From: Bacteroidota bacterium
GTDB taxonomy: Bacteria > Bacteroidota > Bacteroidia > Bacteroidales > FEN-979
NCBI GenBank assembly: GCA_037133475.1
Contig: JBAXOB010000011.1
Span: 18,994 to 82,993 of the forward strand
Direction of reading: 5' to 3'
DNA: 64,000 nt
Shown piece after piece: positions 47,557 to 56,576 of the stretch; position 1 is the stretch's first letter, and each line of letters starts with the position of its first letter. A program made the position numbers and the translations under genes. The notes under the pieces were generated by a model. It was not told where the DNA came from and did no database searches. It saw nothing but the letters and a program-made list of their open reading frames with translations.

Positions 47557-47985
47557 ATGTTTAATGTAACGCATGTTCACCCGATGCTGGTTCATTTTCC
47601 GATCGCACTCATCACGGTTGGTTTTGTTTTCGATCTCTTTTCCGCTTTCCGGAAAAACGGGCCCTGCCTGTCGAAGACCGGCTTCTGGCTCGAAACGATC
47701 GGCATGGCAGGGGCGATCGTTGCCTTCGCGAGCGGCTATTTCCTTACCAGCCCGATGGAGGGCGATGCCGGGATGATGCGTGACAAACATGAACTGTTTG
47801 CCACGATCGCACTGATCACGGTCATCGCGGCGACCTTCGGCCGCATGGCGGCCCTGTACCTGAAAAAGAATTCCGCAGCAGTGCGTTATGGCTTACTTGC
47901 ACTTATAATGACCGCCTTTATCTTTATCGCCATGACGACATACCTGGGTGGTTCGCTGGTGATGGATTATATGATCGGGTTGTAG
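47557..47985 (+). CDS. DUF2231 membrane protein (putative heme-binding)
   Basis: HPMLVHFPIAL, conserved His in KHELFA, four hydrophobic segments. Confidence 0.82.
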   Translation: MFNVTHVHPMLVHFPIALITVGFVFDLFSAFRKNGPCLSKTGFWLETIGMAGAIVAFASGYFLTSPMEGDAGMMRDKHELFATIALITVIAATFGRMAALYLKKNSAAVRYGLLALIMTAFIFIAMTTYLGGSLVMDYMIGL

Positions 47986-48006
47986 AAACTTAATAAAACG
48001 AATTGT

Positions 48007-48426
48007 ATGACAAAAGGAGTCTGGATCAATCTCCCGGTAAAAAATATCAACAGGTCAAGAGAATTCTATACATCCCTTGGCTTTTCATTCAACACCCGGC
48101 ATGGCAACACCGACCATTCAGCCGCCATGGTGGTCGGCGAAAAAGAGGTCATTGTGATGCTTTTTGACGAACCCGCCTTTAAAAGTTTTACCGGCGGTGA
48201 AATTGCCGATACGGCAAAGGTTGCAGAAGTTCTGCTCTCCATTGATGCCTCCGGCAAGGAGGAGGTGGACGAGATGGCTGCAAAGGCTGTGAAGGCCGGC
48301 GGCAAAAGCGATCATATTCCCGCCCCCATGAAGGACTGGATGTATGGCTGTATTTTTTCCGACCCCGACGGCCACCGGTGGAATGTTCTATTCATGGACA
48401 TGGAGAAAATGCCGGGAAAAAGTTAA
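48007..48426 (+). CDS. VOC/glyoxalase family protein
   Basis: WINLPVKNINRSREFYTSLGF..EEVDEM..WMYG..DPDGHRW. Confidence 0.9.
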   Translation: MTKGVWINLPVKNINRSREFYTSLGFSFNTRHGNTDHSAAMVVGEKEVIVMLFDEPAFKSFTGGEIADTAKVAEVLLSIDASGKEEVDEMAAKAVKAGGKSDHIPAPMKDWMYGCIFSDPDGHRWNVLFMDMEKMPGKS

Positions 48427-48445
48427 AAGACCGGCAATGATTATG

Positions 48446-48483
48446 TTCGCTTCATTGTGTCCTCGTTGTCTCCCGGCAGTGGC
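48446..48483 (+). repeat. Degenerate half copy of the CWTTGTG-type element
   Basis: cgcttcattgtgtc identical (reverse complement) to 17319-17332; 20 nt after the VOC stop. Confidence 0.35.
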
Positions 48484-48532
48484 CTGCTGATCCTTTTTCT
48501 GAAAACTCATCACGTTTAAATCCAAATACCAA

Positions 48533-49612
48533 ATGAAGAAGCCCTGTCTGCTCAATCCTTTTTATTCAATGATGTTGGTGTTTTTTCTGTTCACATCCTG
48601 CTATGGACAGCTGACAGAGACCTTGTCAAACAGGATAACCATACCGAAAACAACGGTCAAATTTCCTAAAGCCAGGGGGCTCTATAAAATTGCTGAAGCC
48701 TGTTGTGCCATACAGGATAAAGCGGGGAATCTCTGGTTTGGCACGAACGGCGAAGGATTATTCCGCTATGATGGAAAGGTGTTTACAAACTTCACGGAAA
48801 AAGAGGGGCTGGACAACCTGATTGTTTATTCCCTGTTGCAGGACAAGGCGGGTAACATCTGGGTTGGCACGAAAAGCGGGCTCGCCCTTTACAATGGGGA
48901 AACCTTCACCATGATGTACTTCGATGCGGATTATTCTCCTGATTTTTATAATAAAATCCCGGCAAAAAGAACCCAATCGCCTGAAAACGGGGTCTGGACC
49001 ATGATGCAGGATAAAAAGGGAACCATCTGGTTCGGCACCGACAAGGGCGTTTTTTGCTTCAATGGAAAAAAATTCACCCGTTTCCTTAACAGCGATATCA
49101 TCAACAGGGACAGCCTGCATTTAAAGGCAATCTTTTCTTTCCTGGAGGACCGGGAGGGGAACATATGGTTTGGTTCCTGCATCGGGGAAGGGATTATCCG
49201 GTATGATGGTAAAACAATAAGCCGGGTATCGCCCAAAGGGTATGCACGTACGCAATACCTCACAGAAGATAAAATCGGGAACATATGGTTTGGAAGTATC
49301 GGAAAAGGGATGTGCCGTTATGACGGGAAAACCATCAATACCAATGTTTTCGCGGAGAAAGACACGCACGACTTACTCTATCTGATCTGGAAAGATCACG
49401 CAGACCGGCTCTGGTTCTGCGAAACATTCAAAAACAGGCCGTTGCAATATTTCGACGGGAATGAAACCATTAGTTTTGCCCTGAAAACCGGGATCCCAGA
49501 CAACAAGATGTTTCCTTTGGTGGAGGATAAGGAGGGCAATATCTGGTTTGCCTCTTCAGCCATGGGTTTGTACCGGTATGACGGGAAGGAACTGACTACA
49601 TTTTCAGAATAG
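48533..49612 (+). CDS. Stand-alone two-component-regulator propeller (Reg_prop) lipoprotein
   Basis: Lipobox FTS-C; repeated D..GN.WFG..GL..YDG units; no kinase domain. Confidence 0.85.
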   Translation: MKKPCLLNPFYSMMLVFFLFTSCYGQLTETLSNRITIPKTTVKFPKARGLYKIAEACCAIQDKAGNLWFGTNGEGLFRYDGKVFTNFTEKEGLDNLIVYSLLQDKAGNIWVGTKSGLALYNGETFTMMYFDADYSPDFYNKIPAKRTQSPENGVWTMMQDKKGTIWFGTDKGVFCFNGKKFTRFLNSDIINRDSLHLKAIFSFLEDREGNIWFGSCIGEGIIRYDGKTISRVSPKGYARTQYLTEDKIGNIWFGSIGKGMCRYDGKTINTNVFAEKDTHDLLYLIWKDHADRLWFCETFKNRPLQYFDGNETISFALKTGIPDNKMFPLVEDKEGNIWFASSAMGLYRYDGKELTTFSE

Positions 49613-49748
49613 CGGAATATAACAGAGAAACCTCCGGGCGCCTTTACGAAAACAGTGCTCTGCAATGCATACAGCATTAAGGTGTTACTAGTAACCTGCT
49701 CTTTATCAATGGGGCTTTAAAAGCGGCAACACGCCGATTGCTAGTCCC

Positions 49749-50201
49749 TTATTGATTTATTTTGGATAATGCTGCACTAATATCCTTTGATCTTGCATCC
49801 TGAAGAAATTCCCGGTTAGTTGTTATCACCCACCCGTTCTGATGTTTATTTGCCACGCCATATTCTTTTGCGACAGTAACAGGCACCTCCAGGGCTTTAA
49901 TTATCCTGCCTTCTGGATCAAATAGGATGACAACCAGATAGTCAAACTCCCATGAGCGTATGATACCCAGTTGAGTTGATCTGGCAACCTCCATTTTCCT
50001 TGCCTTGACCTGGAATAACCTTCCTTCCTTATCCCTGATATCCGCCCCCGAATCAGAAATTTTGAGAAATGAGCCTCCGTAATATCGCAGGGCAATATAT
50101 TCAGCATACTCACCCACAATATTACTTGTCCTGCCTAATGCCTTTCCCAGTTTATTAGATGTTTCATTATACGACAACCAAAGTTTCTTTAGATTTTCCA
50201 T
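49749..50201 (-). CDS. Small PD-(D/E)XK nuclease-fold protein (DUF6998-like)
   Basis: GEYAE helix, GAD, FQVK motif spacing of a restriction-endonuclease core; AT-rich context. Confidence 0.6.
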   Translation of the reverse strand: MENLKKLWLSYNETSNKLGKALGRTSNIVGEYAEYIALRYYGGSFLKISDSGADIRDKEGRLFQVKARKMEVARSTQLGIIRSWEFDYLVVILFDPEGRIIKALEVPVTVAKEYGVANKHQNGWVITTNREFLQDARSKDISAALSKINQ

Positions 50202-50330
50202 GAATTCAGTTTTAATAATTAAGATAAATTGTATGTAAATGAATATTATTTCTCAAACCAAACGCAAAAACCAGAAAATCATCCGATAAATAAATATTGA
50301 AAGAATAATTTGATTTAAAATCTATGCTGC

Positions 50331-50338
50331 CAAAGGTA
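50331..50338 (-). promoter_or_regulatory. -7 box TACCTTTG upstream of the nuclease-like gene
   Basis: Exact TAnnTTTG about 130 bp before ATG 50201. Confidence 0.45.
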
Positions 50339-50740
50339 AAGAATGTATCAATACTTTCTAAACAATTTCAAAAATAACCTAACAAAAAGATCAATTGGAA
50401 TTTCCAGGTAGAATTATGGATATCAGATATCACTTTTCATATCTGAAATAATTTCAAATTGTGAAGAATGAAATATGAAACGTTGATTGTGAGGTTTTTT
50501 ATTGCTTTGTTTACAAAAATTTCCATCTGTCATAACAAAATTATAATGTACACTTTAAGACGTACACTTAATTTGTTTTCGTAAAACCGCATGATAATTG
50601 CTCCCGGGAAATGACTTTTCGGATACACTTTAACTCCCATTGTTTGATCTGAATAAAGAAAGGGAAACAGGAAATTCAAAAACAAATTGCTTGTCTCGAC
50701 AAGGCTGTTGATAAAGCAAGCAATGGAAATTGATTTTGGG

Positions 50741-53272
50741 CTACTTTACCAAAACCTTCCTGTAGAAGGTCTCCGTTCCCGCTTCGATCCTTGCCTGGTA
50801 GACCCCTTTGGCAACATGGCCGAGGTTAATACGCAGGGGTTCTTTGTCCAAAAACACCTTCGTCAGGATAACTTTACCTGTGCCATCCATTATCGCAACA
50901 CTTGCAACCGCGGCGGTAAGGCCTTTTGTCCTGATCTCAAATATGCCGTCGTTCGGGTTTGGCACAACAAGCAACTCCTCCTTCGCCGGTTCACCGATTC
51001 CCGTGGTTCCATCCTGGGTAACGGTAACCGCCACCGGGGATAATCCAGGTACGGTCACCGTAATGACCGCGACCCGCTGTCCCGGGGTGAAATGGGAGGC
51101 ATAGGTGGCCACGATCGATCCGTTGCCGCTTCCGGCTGGGGTCACCGTGCACCAGGTCTGGCTGCTTGAAACCGTCCATCCGGTATTGGATGTTACAAAA
51201 AAGGTGACATTGCCCGGCGCCGCACCAACATTCTGGTTGGGAGGCGCAACGGAAAGCAACGGCGCTGCGCCTGCCTGGGTAACGGTAACTACCACGGGAG
51301 AAAGACCCGGAACCGTAACGGTGATGTTGGCCACTCTTGGCATGACACCGGTATTCCCGGCATAGTTCACATATAAGGTTCCGTTGCCCGTTCCCTGGGC
51401 GGTAACCAGGCACCAGGCCTGGTCGCTCACCACGCTCCATGCGCCATTGGAGGTCACGGCAAAACTAGTGGAGCCGGCCGGGCTGGTGACATCTTGGTTT
51501 TGCGGGGTAACCGTGAGGGTAGGTGCTCCTCCTGAAGTGCCGGTGATCAGCACATCGTCGATGGCCCAGGAGTATCCCCAGGTTCCTGTATAATTCCATT
51601 TGAACCTGACCTGGCTGTGACCGGCAACCCCGGCAACCGCCGCGTTGTAAACGGCAGGATTGGTGGCTGAAGTGGTGGTAAACTGGATGATCTGCGACCA
51701 GGTGGCACCGTTGTCGGTACTGCTCGACAGCGTTCCCGACGATCCTGTATAGGATTTGAAATAGTGGTTGAACGAAAGATTTACGGTGGTATATGTTGTC
51801 AGGTCAAGCACCGGCGAGACCAGGTCGGCATTCTGCGAATTCCCGGTGCCGTATCCGCCGCTGTTCAGGAAGGCATAATTTCCGTTCAGGGCAGGGAGGG
51901 GTGTTTGGCTGGTGATCGCACCAAAGGTCCACACCTGGCCGTTTCCCTGGTGATCGACCTGCGACCAGCAGGAGGGGATTGAGGTTGTACTGAACCCTTC
52001 GCTGAAGGGCAGGGTAAAGCTCGCACAGGTGGTGGTGAACTGCAGGTCGCCGCCATAAATGGTACTGGTGCCGGCAACGCCGACCAGCCTGAAATGATAG
52101 GTAGTTCCTGTTGGAAGTCCGGTAATGGCTGCATTGACATTGCTTGTGGTTGTCCCCGAGCCTGCTGAAACAACCGGCGTATTGTTCCCATAGGCCGTGG
52201 TGGCGCCCCATTCAAAATGCCACGAGGTGGCAACCCCGTTCGGGTTGACCGACCCGTTCAGGGTAGCCTGTGTCTGCGTGATGCCGGTGGCTGCCAGCGT
52301 GGTGATGGCAGGGCCTGCAGAGGATGCCAGCCAGATGGTGGCATTCATAATGACAATCCGGTGGTTGCCACCGGCATCGCCGGTCCAGCCGTTGTAAAGC
52401 TGGTCGTTCGGATCGCCGGTGCCGTCGTCGCAGGGGGAACTGTCGCCAAAACCCACCACCTTCCCGCTCCCGTAGGTCGCGTGGGCGATCATCACATTGG
52501 AATTCCCGAAGGCGGAGCCGGTCTTGTAGACAACCCCGGTAATGCTGCTGTTCGACGACGGGGTGAGGGTCATCGAGGTTCCGTTGCTCCACATGGCCGC
52601 GGTAACGTTACCCATCGGGCCGTGCAGCAGGGGATCGGCCGGCAGGGAGGGTATGTTGGTGGTTGTTTCGGAGAAATCGGCATAATCGAAGGTAAGGCCG
52701 AAGGGATTGACCTGGACGCTGTTGCTGCTCATAAAGTCATTCCAGATATGGGGCGAATCCCACCCGTCGTTGTTCCTGTCGGAAAGATTATGATCGGAAA
52801 CCATGAACAACCCGCCGCCATTCTGCACAAACTGCATCATGGCAGTCTTTTCGGAGGCAGTGAAGACAATATTGGGTTCACATACCACGAAAACCTTGTA
52901 ATTCGACAAATCCTGAGCGTTGCCGGCGTTTCCGTAGGTGATCTGCCCGTTGTAGGGAAGCGTTTCAACGTGGTACCCCTGTTTCACGCATTCGATCCCC
53001 CAGGCAGATATACCGCCCTCCCAATAGGTTTCGGAGGTGGAAGAGGTCACGGTCGATTGCGCCGGGGTGGGCAACTGCTGCGGGTTGGATTCATTTCCCT
53101 GGCCAACCACGGCAGGGCCGTTGGTAAACCCCAGGTTATGGGTATCGGCATCAATCACCCAGTCGGCATTACCTGCCGTTTCGGCCTTGGTGGCGTCAAA
53201 CAGGATCTTGACCTGGCTTTTCCCGGTCTGTGCAAACAGGATCAGGAAGACAAAAAAGAAAATATGTTTCAT
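50741..53272 (-). CDS. T9SS-secreted protein: class I GATase-like/DUF4350-like domain, FN3-like domain, beta-sandwich, two BACON domains, CTD
   Basis: Start ATG 53272 (signal peptide); ILFDATKAETAGNADWVID..EPN..SDHNLSDRNNDGWD; two VTS(N)..W.V.S.Q.WC BACON units; VVPNP..GVY..KVLVK CTD. Confidence 0.8.
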   Translation of the reverse strand: MKHIFFFVFLILFAQTGKSQVKILFDATKAETAGNADWVIDADTHNLGFTNGPAVVGQGNESNPQQLPTPAQSTVTSSTSETYWEGGISAWGIECVKQGYHVETLPYNGQITYGNAGNAQDLSNYKVFVVCEPNIVFTASEKTAMMQFVQNGGGLFMVSDHNLSDRNNDGWDSPHIWNDFMSSNSVQVNPFGLTFDYADFSETTTNIPSLPADPLLHGPMGNVTAAMWSNGTSMTLTPSSNSSITGVVYKTGSAFGNSNVMIAHATYGSGKVVGFGDSSPCDDGTGDPNDQLYNGWTGDAGGNHRIVIMNATIWLASSAGPAITTLAATGITQTQATLNGSVNPNGVATSWHFEWGATTAYGNNTPVVSAGSGTTTSNVNAAITGLPTGTTYHFRLVGVAGTSTIYGGDLQFTTTCASFTLPFSEGFSTTSIPSCWSQVDHQGNGQVWTFGAITSQTPLPALNGNYAFLNSGGYGTGNSQNADLVSPVLDLTTYTTVNLSFNHYFKSYTGSSGTLSSSTDNGATWSQIIQFTTTSATNPAVYNAAVAGVAGHSQVRFKWNYTGTWGYSWAIDDVLITGTSGGAPTLTVTPQNQDVTSPAGSTSFAVTSNGAWSVVSDQAWCLVTAQGTGNGTLYVNYAGNTGVMPRVANITVTVPGLSPVVVTVTQAGAAPLLSVAPPNQNVGAAPGNVTFFVTSNTGWTVSSSQTWCTVTPAGSGNGSIVATYASHFTPGQRVAVITVTVPGLSPVAVTVTQDGTTGIGEPAKEELLVVPNPNDGIFEIRTKGLTAAVASVAIMDGTGKVILTKVFLDKEPLRINLGHVAKGVYQARIEAGTETFYRKVLVK

Positions 53273-53290
53273 TGGCTGATTTAGAGAGTG

Positions 53291-53298
53291 CAAAGGTA
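53291..53298 (-). promoter_or_regulatory. -7 box TACCTTTG
   Basis: Exact TAnnTTTG 18 nt before ATG 53272. Confidence 0.55.
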
Positions 53299-53484
53299 TA
53301 AAAAAGGGTTGCCCGTAAGGCAGGGTATGCCCTGTTTCATGTTTATTGCCTGTAAAAAGGCAACCGGTGTTCTATGAACTATGCAATTAATCATTTATTT
53401 TATTGGTAAATTCAAATTTTATCCCGAATTTTGCACCCCTTTTAATAATCAATTCAATAAATCATTCAATCAATCATTTAACCA

Positions 53485-54129
53485 ATGCCAACCAAAATCA
53501 GATTACAGAGAAGAGGTAAAAAGGGACAAGCTTTTTACCATATTGTTATTGCGGATGGTCGTGCACCACGTGACGGAAAGTTCATAGAACGAATTGGCAT
53601 CTACAATCCCATTACAATCCCCGCGGAGATTGAACTCAATTTCGAAAAGGCCCTTGACTGGCTGAAGAAAGGTGCTCAACCTACTGAAACCGTAAAAGCC
53701 ATCCTGGCTTACAAAGGTGTTTTATACAAGAACCACCTGCTGAAAGGCGTCGAAAAAGGCGCCATGACCCTTGAACAGGCCGACGTTAAATTCCAGACAT
53801 GGCTTGATGAAAAACACCTGAAGATCTCCAGCAAGAAGAACGAACAGGATCTGACCTCCAAAAATTCCAGGAAGGCACTTCTTGAAGCTGAAACAAAAGT
53901 CAATGAAGCAAAGGCTGATGCCATTGCCCAGAAACTGAACAAAGCACGTCTCGACGAAGCAGCCCAGGCTGCCGAAGCAAGGGAGGCCCGCGAAGCTGCC
54001 CAGGCTGCCGAAGCTGCAAAATTAGCCGAAGCGCTTGCCGCCAAAGTCGCTGAAACCGCCGAAGCTGCCGCCGAACCAGTAGTCGAAGCAGCTCCTGAAG
54101 CACCCGCTGCTGCGCCTGAGGCTGAATAA
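53485..54129 (+). CDS. rpsP: 30S ribosomal protein S16 with long C-terminal extension
   Basis: KIRLQRRGKK, ADGRAPRDG, GIYNP, GAQPTETV; Ala/Glu-rich tail. Confidence 0.97.
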   Translation: MPTKIRLQRRGKKGQAFYHIVIADGRAPRDGKFIERIGIYNPITIPAEIELNFEKALDWLKKGAQPTETVKAILAYKGVLYKNHLLKGVEKGAMTLEQADVKFQTWLDEKHLKISSKKNEQDLTSKNSRKALLEAETKVNEAKADAIAQKLNKARLDEAAQAAEAREAREAAQAAEAAKLAEALAAKVAETAEAAAEPVVEAAPEAPAAAPEAE

Positions 54130-54168
54130 TCCTGCCTGCGGAACGAGAATATTTGAAATATTCCACCA

Positions 54169-54693
54169 ATGAATAAAGATGACTTTTTCTACCTGGGAAA
54201 GGTTCTTAAAACCCACGGTAATAAAGGTCAGGTGATGGTCCTCCTCGATGTGGACGATCCTGAAGAATACGAATCACTGGAATCCGTTTACCTTGACCTG
54301 CAGGGTGAACGGATTCCTTTTTTTATCGGCAGCCTTGAATTAAAGCACAACCGCAAGGCGGTGGTCAAATTCGACGACTTCGACACCATCGAAGATGCGG
54401 AAAGCCTTCAGGGATTGGAGATGTACCTCCCTGTCACGGCGCTTCCCGCGCTCAAAGGCAACCAGTTTTATTTCCATGAAATCATCGGTTACCGCGTTGT
54501 CGACGGGCATCACGGCGATATCGGCATCATCGAGGATATCCTGGAAATGCCTCACCAGTCGCTGTTCCAGATCCGACACGGGGAGAAAGAGATCCTGGTT
54601 CCTGTGGTGGATGACATCATCCGGACTGTTGACAGGAAAAAGAAACTGCTATTGATCGAAGCTCCCGACGGACTGATCGAAATCTATCTTTAA
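54169..54693 (+). CDS. rimM: Ribosome maturation factor RimM
   Basis: GKVLKTHGNKG, FYFHEIIG, EILVP and APDGLIEIY; follows rpsP. Confidence 0.95.
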   Translation: MNKDDFFYLGKVLKTHGNKGQVMVLLDVDDPEEYESLESVYLDLQGERIPFFIGSLELKHNRKAVVKFDDFDTIEDAESLQGLEMYLPVTALPALKGNQFYFHEIIGYRVVDGHHGDIGIIEDILEMPHQSLFQIRHGEKEILVPVVDDIIRTVDRKKKLLLIEAPDGLIEIYL

Positions 54694-54700
54694 AGTCATC

Positions 54701-55459
54701 ATGGCCTTCATTTTCAAACAATTTGAGGTTGAAGACCGGCAAAGCACCCTGCGCGTGGGGACCGATGCCATGTTGCTTGGCTCCTGGGCCTCGCCCATAC
54801 ATGCCACCCGCATCCTCGATATCGGCACAGGCTGTGGCGTGCTGGCGCTGATGATGGCGCAAAAATCAGGGGCGACCATTGAGGCAATCGACATCGACCC
54901 GGCCTCTGTGAATGAAGCCCGCGGCAACTTCGAAAGGTGCCCGTGGTCCGACAGGATCTCCGCCGTTCATGAAACGTTACAGCATTTGGCAGCCGGATCA
55001 ATGCACGGCTATGATTTCATCATTACAAATCCCCCCTATTTCTCGAACCTGCTGAAGTCACCCTCCCAGCGGAAAAACCATACCCGCCACGACCTCAGCC
55101 TGACAAGGGAGGAACTGGTTCAGTCGGTATTAAAAATCCTCACCGAAAATGGCCGCTTCGCGCTGATCCTGCCTGCCGGAGTGGCGGAAACCTTTATTGC
55201 ACTGGCCGGAACCAGCGGTTTGTTTCTGCAGCGAAGACTTGATGTCAGTGCAAAACCGGCCTCCCCGCCCCTTCGCACCCTGATGGAATTTGGCAGAATG
55301 GATTGCCGGCCTGCGAATGAACCCACGTTGAGTCTAAGGGACGACTCGGGAGGTTATATGCCGGAATACCTCCTGCTCACCGCTGAATTCCATTATTTCC
55401 ATCCGGGCGGACATCATGCCGGAATAGCCGGAAGCCAAGCACCGGCAAACCCCCTGTAA
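54701..55459 (+). CDS. trmN6: tRNA1(Val) A37 N6-methyltransferase (TrmN6/YfiC-like)
   Basis: FKQF, RVGTDAMLLGSW, LDIGTGCG and TNPPYF motifs. Confidence 0.88.
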   Translation: MAFIFKQFEVEDRQSTLRVGTDAMLLGSWASPIHATRILDIGTGCGVLALMMAQKSGATIEAIDIDPASVNEARGNFERCPWSDRISAVHETLQHLAAGSMHGYDFIITNPPYFSNLLKSPSQRKNHTRHDLSLTREELVQSVLKILTENGRFALILPAGVAETFIALAGTSGLFLQRRLDVSAKPASPPLRTLMEFGRMDCRPANEPTLSLRDDSGGYMPEYLLLTAEFHYFHPGGHHAGIAGSQAPANPL

Positions 55460-55567
55460 TCTTTACATAAGGAGGATGAAAAGCCCCGGAAGTCATTTTC
55501 CTGTCATCGATTGCATAATATTCCATTGTTTTCATGAGAAGCACGTTTCCATAATGAATGTGATAAA

Positions 55568-55656
55568 TTCAACAACAATGTTCACAATGGTTTACGCAAT
55601 GTTCACAATGATATTCTTTGTGAACATGGTGCCTTCATTTTGTCATTGTGGTTAAA
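55568..55656. repeat. Intact 89-bp imperfect palindromic REP/MITE-like element built from CWTTGTG subunits
   Basis: Outer arms ttcaacaacaatg / cattgtggttaaa pair at 11 of 13; inner arms ATGTTCACAA (55599-55608) / TTGTGAACAT (55618-55627) are perfect; 14-bp direct repeat at 55576 and 55597. Confidence 0.8.
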
Positions 55657-55730
55657 GAGCAATCTGGATTTTGAAAATAAAACAGGTCTTTGCCCCATCG
55701 AAAAAGGAGGCATGTGTCGGCTTTTTAATA

Positions 55731-55738
55731 TAATTTTG
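55731..55738 (+). promoter_or_regulatory. -7 box TAATTTTG for the C26-marC-MORN operon
   Basis: Exact TAnnTTTG 19 nt before ATG 55758. Confidence 0.55.
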
Positions 55739-55757
55739 CACCTGTTAATATTTCCCT

Positions 55758-56576
55758 ATGGATCAAACCCGGTTATTCAGGCTTCAAGAGTGGTGGCTGG
55801 CACCAATCCTGTTTCTTTCTATCCTGTTCACCGGTCCACCGGGAATCCTGGCTCAACCCGTTGCCCTTAGAATCGGGCTTTCCAAAACATCCCCCAACTA
55901 TGAGAACTGGCTGAAGCGGTCTGATCCAAACATTATCCCCGTTAACCTTTACCTTATGCCCATCGATTCGGCGGTAAGGGAGCTGAACCGCTGCGCGGGG
56001 CTGCTGCTTACCGGTGGAGAGGATGTTTACCCGGGTTGGTATGGAAAAGAGGCCGACACGGCGCGATGTACCGATATGAACCGCCATCGCGACAGTCTCG
56101 AAATGGCGCTCATCGCCAGGGCGCTTGTTGAACGGATCCCGGTTTTTGCGGTCTGCAGGGGGGAACAGATCCTCAACGTGTTCCTGGAGGGGAGCCTGAT
56201 CATCGACATCCCGCAGGAGATAGGGAAGAAGGTGATTCATCAGAGCGACGACTATCTTCATTGTTTCCACCCGGTTACCATCCCGGAGGGAACCCTTCTT
56301 TCGGCCATCAGCAAATGCGATACCGGGCGGGTCGCGTCGAACCATCACCAGGCGGTCGGGCACCTGTCGACCCAGCTGAGGGCAAATGCCTTTTCACCCG
56401 ACAACCTGACAGAGGGTTTCGAATGGAAGCAACCAAAGGGCAAAACTTTTTTGGTGGGGGTGCAGTGGCATCCCGAACGAATGGAAAAATCAAACCCGCT
56501 GTCGGGGCCACTTGCCGATGAATTTACCAGGCAGGCCAGGCTTTATGCAGCATCACACTCATTAAAAACAAAATAA
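55758..56576 (+). CDS. Peptidase C26 gamma-glutamyl hydrolase (PuuD-like) with predicted N-terminal export signal
   Basis: LLTGGEDV, AVCRGEQ (Cys nucleophile), NHHQA, VQWHPE; hydrophobic N-terminus ..ILFLSILFTGPPGILA-Q. Confidence 0.88.
   Translation: MDQTRLFRLQEWWLAPILFLSILFTGPPGILAQPVALRIGLSKTSPNYENWLKRSDPNIIPVNLYLMPIDSAVRELNRCAGLLLTGGEDVYPGWYGKEADTARCTDMNRHRDSLEMALIARALVERIPVFAVCRGEQILNVFLEGSLIIDIPQEIGKKVIHQSDDYLHCFHPVTIPEGTLLSAISKCDTGRVASNHHQAVGHLSTQLRANAFSPDNLTEGFEWKQPKGKTFLVGVQWHPERMEKSNPLSGPLADEFTRQARLYAASHSLKTK

Noticed and set aside
49684-49695. Perfect 12-bp palindrome GTTACTAGTAAC between convergent genes
   Set aside because: A handful of such palindromes are expected by chance in 64 kb; no supporting context.
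55558-55627. Rex operator (TTGTGAA/TTCACAA half-sites)
   Set aside because: The perfect halves are in the wrong order and spacing versus TTGTGAA-N4-TTCACAA, and are better explained by the repeat family; only a 10/14 match at 55558-55575.
55578-55655. 25-aa Met-rich mini-ORF (MFTMVYAMFTMIFFVNMVPSFCHCG) as a leader peptide
   Set aside because: The Met codons arise from the CAATG subunits of the palindromic repeat, and it lies upstream of the downstream operon's -7 box.
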